A DNA stretch of 64,000 nt from an uncultured Rivularia sp. (GTDB lineage Bacteria > Cyanobacteriota > Cyanobacteriia > Cyanobacteriales > Nostocaceae). The stretch covers positions 6,432,001 to 6,496,000 of the forward strand of contig OY762007.1 in the NCBI GenBank assembly GCA_963665115.1. Direction: 5' to 3'. The notes under the pieces are model-generated. The model worked only from the letters and a program-made list of their open reading frames with translations, was not told the origin of the DNA and searched no databases. A program made the translations under genes and the position numbers. Each line of letters starts with the position of its first letter. The stretch's first letter is position 1. Positions 62,156 through 64,000 of this stretch are shown piece by piece.

Positions 62156-63061
62156 TCAACGCTCTAAGGCTTCCCTATCCCATTTCCCAAGCACGGCAGC
62201 AGCTTCATAAGTACTTTGCAAAAAGGATAATAAGGTTTCGTCGGGGGTATCTGATAATCGCAATGCTTCTAAGGGCAATATAAATTCTTGGATATCTTCA
62301 TGAAAGTAAGCTGCTTCTGGCTGTATTTTGTAATCTTTAAATCCTTCTGGTGCTGGATAAGCATAAGAATAGAAAAATGGTTCTACTCCACCTCCGCCGG
62401 GCCAAAATCCGCAACTGCTGACTTCGTGGGAATATGCTTCGTGGGTGATGGAATCTGGCATTCCTGGGGCACCGGGATGTTTTGGTGCTTTGCGCCCGGA
62501 AAAGCGGGTGAGGGCTAAGTCGAAGCTTCCCCAGAAGAAGTGTGTGGGGCTTACTTTTCCGAGGTAGCGGGAACGGAATTGTGTAAATATGCAGTTTGTT
62601 TGTACTAATATTTGCCAGAAGCGCTCTACGTATTCTGGATCGTAAGATGCGTGTTTTGTGTCTTCCTCAAAAAGAATGGGGTTGGAAACTTCTTGCGGCA
62701 TTGTCCATATTTTTACTTTGATACCGAGTAATACCAAAGCGTTCATTGTTTTCTGGTAAAAATCGGCTACGGAAAATGCTTTTAATGCAAATGAGGTACG
62801 TTGCCCGTCGGATGTGGAAATACAAAGTTCGTGAGCAATGAAATCAAAGTCTATTTGAAAGAAGCGAGTTTCGTAGGGTATGGCAGAAGTGGTTAATCCT
62901 CGTGATGTGACGTAGAGGGTTACATTCCACCAGTGGTTTATGAGTGGAGTTAATTCCATGCGGATTTTACCGATTACCTGCGTCCATAGCTGTAGGGTGG
63001 AGGAGGTTTCTTGCCATGCTGTTGATGGTAATGATGGGAAAATTTCGGTGTAATCTGCCAT
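62156..63061 (-). CDS. DUF5996 family protein
   Basis: WTQVIGKIR, NHWWNVTLY, HFFWGSFDLA, EAYSHEVSSCGFWPG, FYSYAYPAP. Confidence 0.85.
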   Translation of the reverse strand: MADYTEIFPSLPSTAWQETSSTLQLWTQVIGKIRMELTPLINHWWNVTLYVTSRGLTTSAIPYETRFFQIDFDFIAHELCISTSDGQRTSFALKAFSVADFYQKTMNALVLLGIKVKIWTMPQEVSNPILFEEDTKHASYDPEYVERFWQILVQTNCIFTQFRSRYLGKVSPTHFFWGSFDLALTRFSGRKAPKHPGAPGMPDSITHEAYSHEVSSCGFWPGGGGVEPFFYSYAYPAPEGFKDYKIQPEAAYFHEDIQEFILPLEALRLSDTPDETLLSFLQSTYEAAAVLGKWDREALER

Positions 63062-63136
63062 TGTTAACTCCGGTAGGATAGCTAAACCAACTTGCAATTA
63101 CCAATTTATCACTGATGCCGTGTTTCTAATATTTCA

Positions 63137-63283
63137 ATAGTATTGCTTTCGATTAATTATAAATGTTTAGCTTTTGATTGAAACGTTGGGAGACGTAGCA
63201 GTGCATAGTATTGCTTTCGATTAATTATAAATGTTTCACTTTTGATTGAAACGTTGGGAGACGTAGCACTGCTACGTCTCTAC
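63137..63283 (+). repeat. 68-bp tandem duplication (63137-63204 / 63205-63272) ending in a REP palindrome
   Basis: atagtattgctttcgattaattataaatgttt...gagacgtagca(g/c)tgc occurs twice; only the second copy completes the hairpin. Confidence 0.9.
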
Positions 63284-63304
63284 AATCCGTCGGATTTTCT
63301 AAAT

Positions 63305-63635
63305 CTAAAGCAGTTCAGTTACAACTGTGTTGAATTTTTCATAGGGAACTATCCCAACAATCGTTTCTATAAGGTTTCCATCTTTGTAAATCATCACCGA
63401 CGGAATGCTACGAATGTTTAACCTTTTAGCTAAATTAGAATTCTCTCCAAGGTCTACTTTTGCTACTTTTACTTTGCCCTGATGTTCTTTTGCTAATTTT
63501 TCCATCATCGGAGCAATCATTTTACAAGGGGCCACACCAAGTTGCGGTAAAGTCACACACAAATACACCATCACTGGTTGAAAGTGTATCGAATTCTTTT
63601 TCGTTAATATATTCAACTGCTATTGTTTCTGGCAT
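63305..63635 (-). CDS. Thioredoxin (~109 aa); frameshift at 63528-63531
   Basis: MPETIAVEY...DFTATWCG joins PCKMIAP...RSIPS after removing one base, restoring WCGPC. Confidence 0.9.
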
Positions 63636-63774
63636 GGTATTTTTATTTATCAAGCTATTTTTTATTAGTACTAACGTAAATTAATCTGCTTATTCAGTAA
63701 TTATTATCTGCTCGATGTCAGTAACAATTATCAAAAAACTTATGTAAGGATAATATTATTTTTCCTTACTGCCT

Positions 63775-63808
63775 ATTCCCTACTCCCTACTCCCTACTCC
63801 TTATTCCC
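63775..63808 (+). repeat. STRR heptamer array (TACTCCC)
   Basis: About five tandem heptamers. Confidence 0.8.
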
Positions 63809-63853
63809 TTTTGTATGATTATTTAATGCCGCATTACTATGGCGGAAGAACCA

Positions 63854-64000
63854 TTAATACAACGCTTCTTCTTGATGAGTTTGAATCTTGCAATCCGATG
63901 TAGGGATAGCAACGCAAGTAAGTACGAACCCAGCAGCAATTTGGTCTTCATCGAGGAATGCTTGGTCTGATTGATCTACTTCACCAGAAATAAGTTTCCC
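63854..64000 (-). CDS. Plant-type 2Fe-2S ferredoxin, 3' part (5' end outside window)
   Basis: [48 protein letters not shown]. Confidence 0.92.
   Translation of the reverse strand, partial: GKLISGEVDQSDQAFLDEDQIAAGFVLTCVAIPTSDCKIQTHQEEALY

Noticed and set aside
63137..63272. Direct repeat as a mini-CRISPR
   Set aside because: The whole 68-bp unit is duplicated with no spacer

Overview
AT-rich chromosomal window from a filamentous, probably heterocyst-forming cyanobacterium. This is supported by many HIP1 GCGATCGC sites, heptamer STRR arrays, the rbp-rpsU pair, xisH/xisI and nifJ. 1-13.6 kb is the 3' end of an NRPS cluster: PCP-E, then C-A(Gly)-PCP-C-A(Val)-PCP-E with no thioesterase, followed by two tandem ABC transporters. 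At 13.83 kb an exbD 3' fragment is joined back-to-back to a 5'-truncated dGTPase at a 17-bp quasi-palindrome, and that dGTPase is also interrupted by a 188-bp MITE with a TATTTA target duplication. Next is a ~3,137-aa DUF4347/delta-60/cadherin/RTX protein with 22 repeats of ~100 aa. The rest holds housekeeping genes (argD, nifJ, metF, trpS, pip, thioredoxin, ferredoxin), a four-gene two-component cluster, a 19-aa-repeat protein, and small accessory or antitoxin genes bracketed by REP-like palindromes. Small mobile repeats are dense. At least a dozen lie in frame inside proteins, and flanking sequence often shows strand-asymmetric base skews (judged by eye). Seven genes carry single homopolymer frameshifts that most likely are sequencing errors. 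No rRNA, tRNA, CRISPR array or intact transposase was seen.
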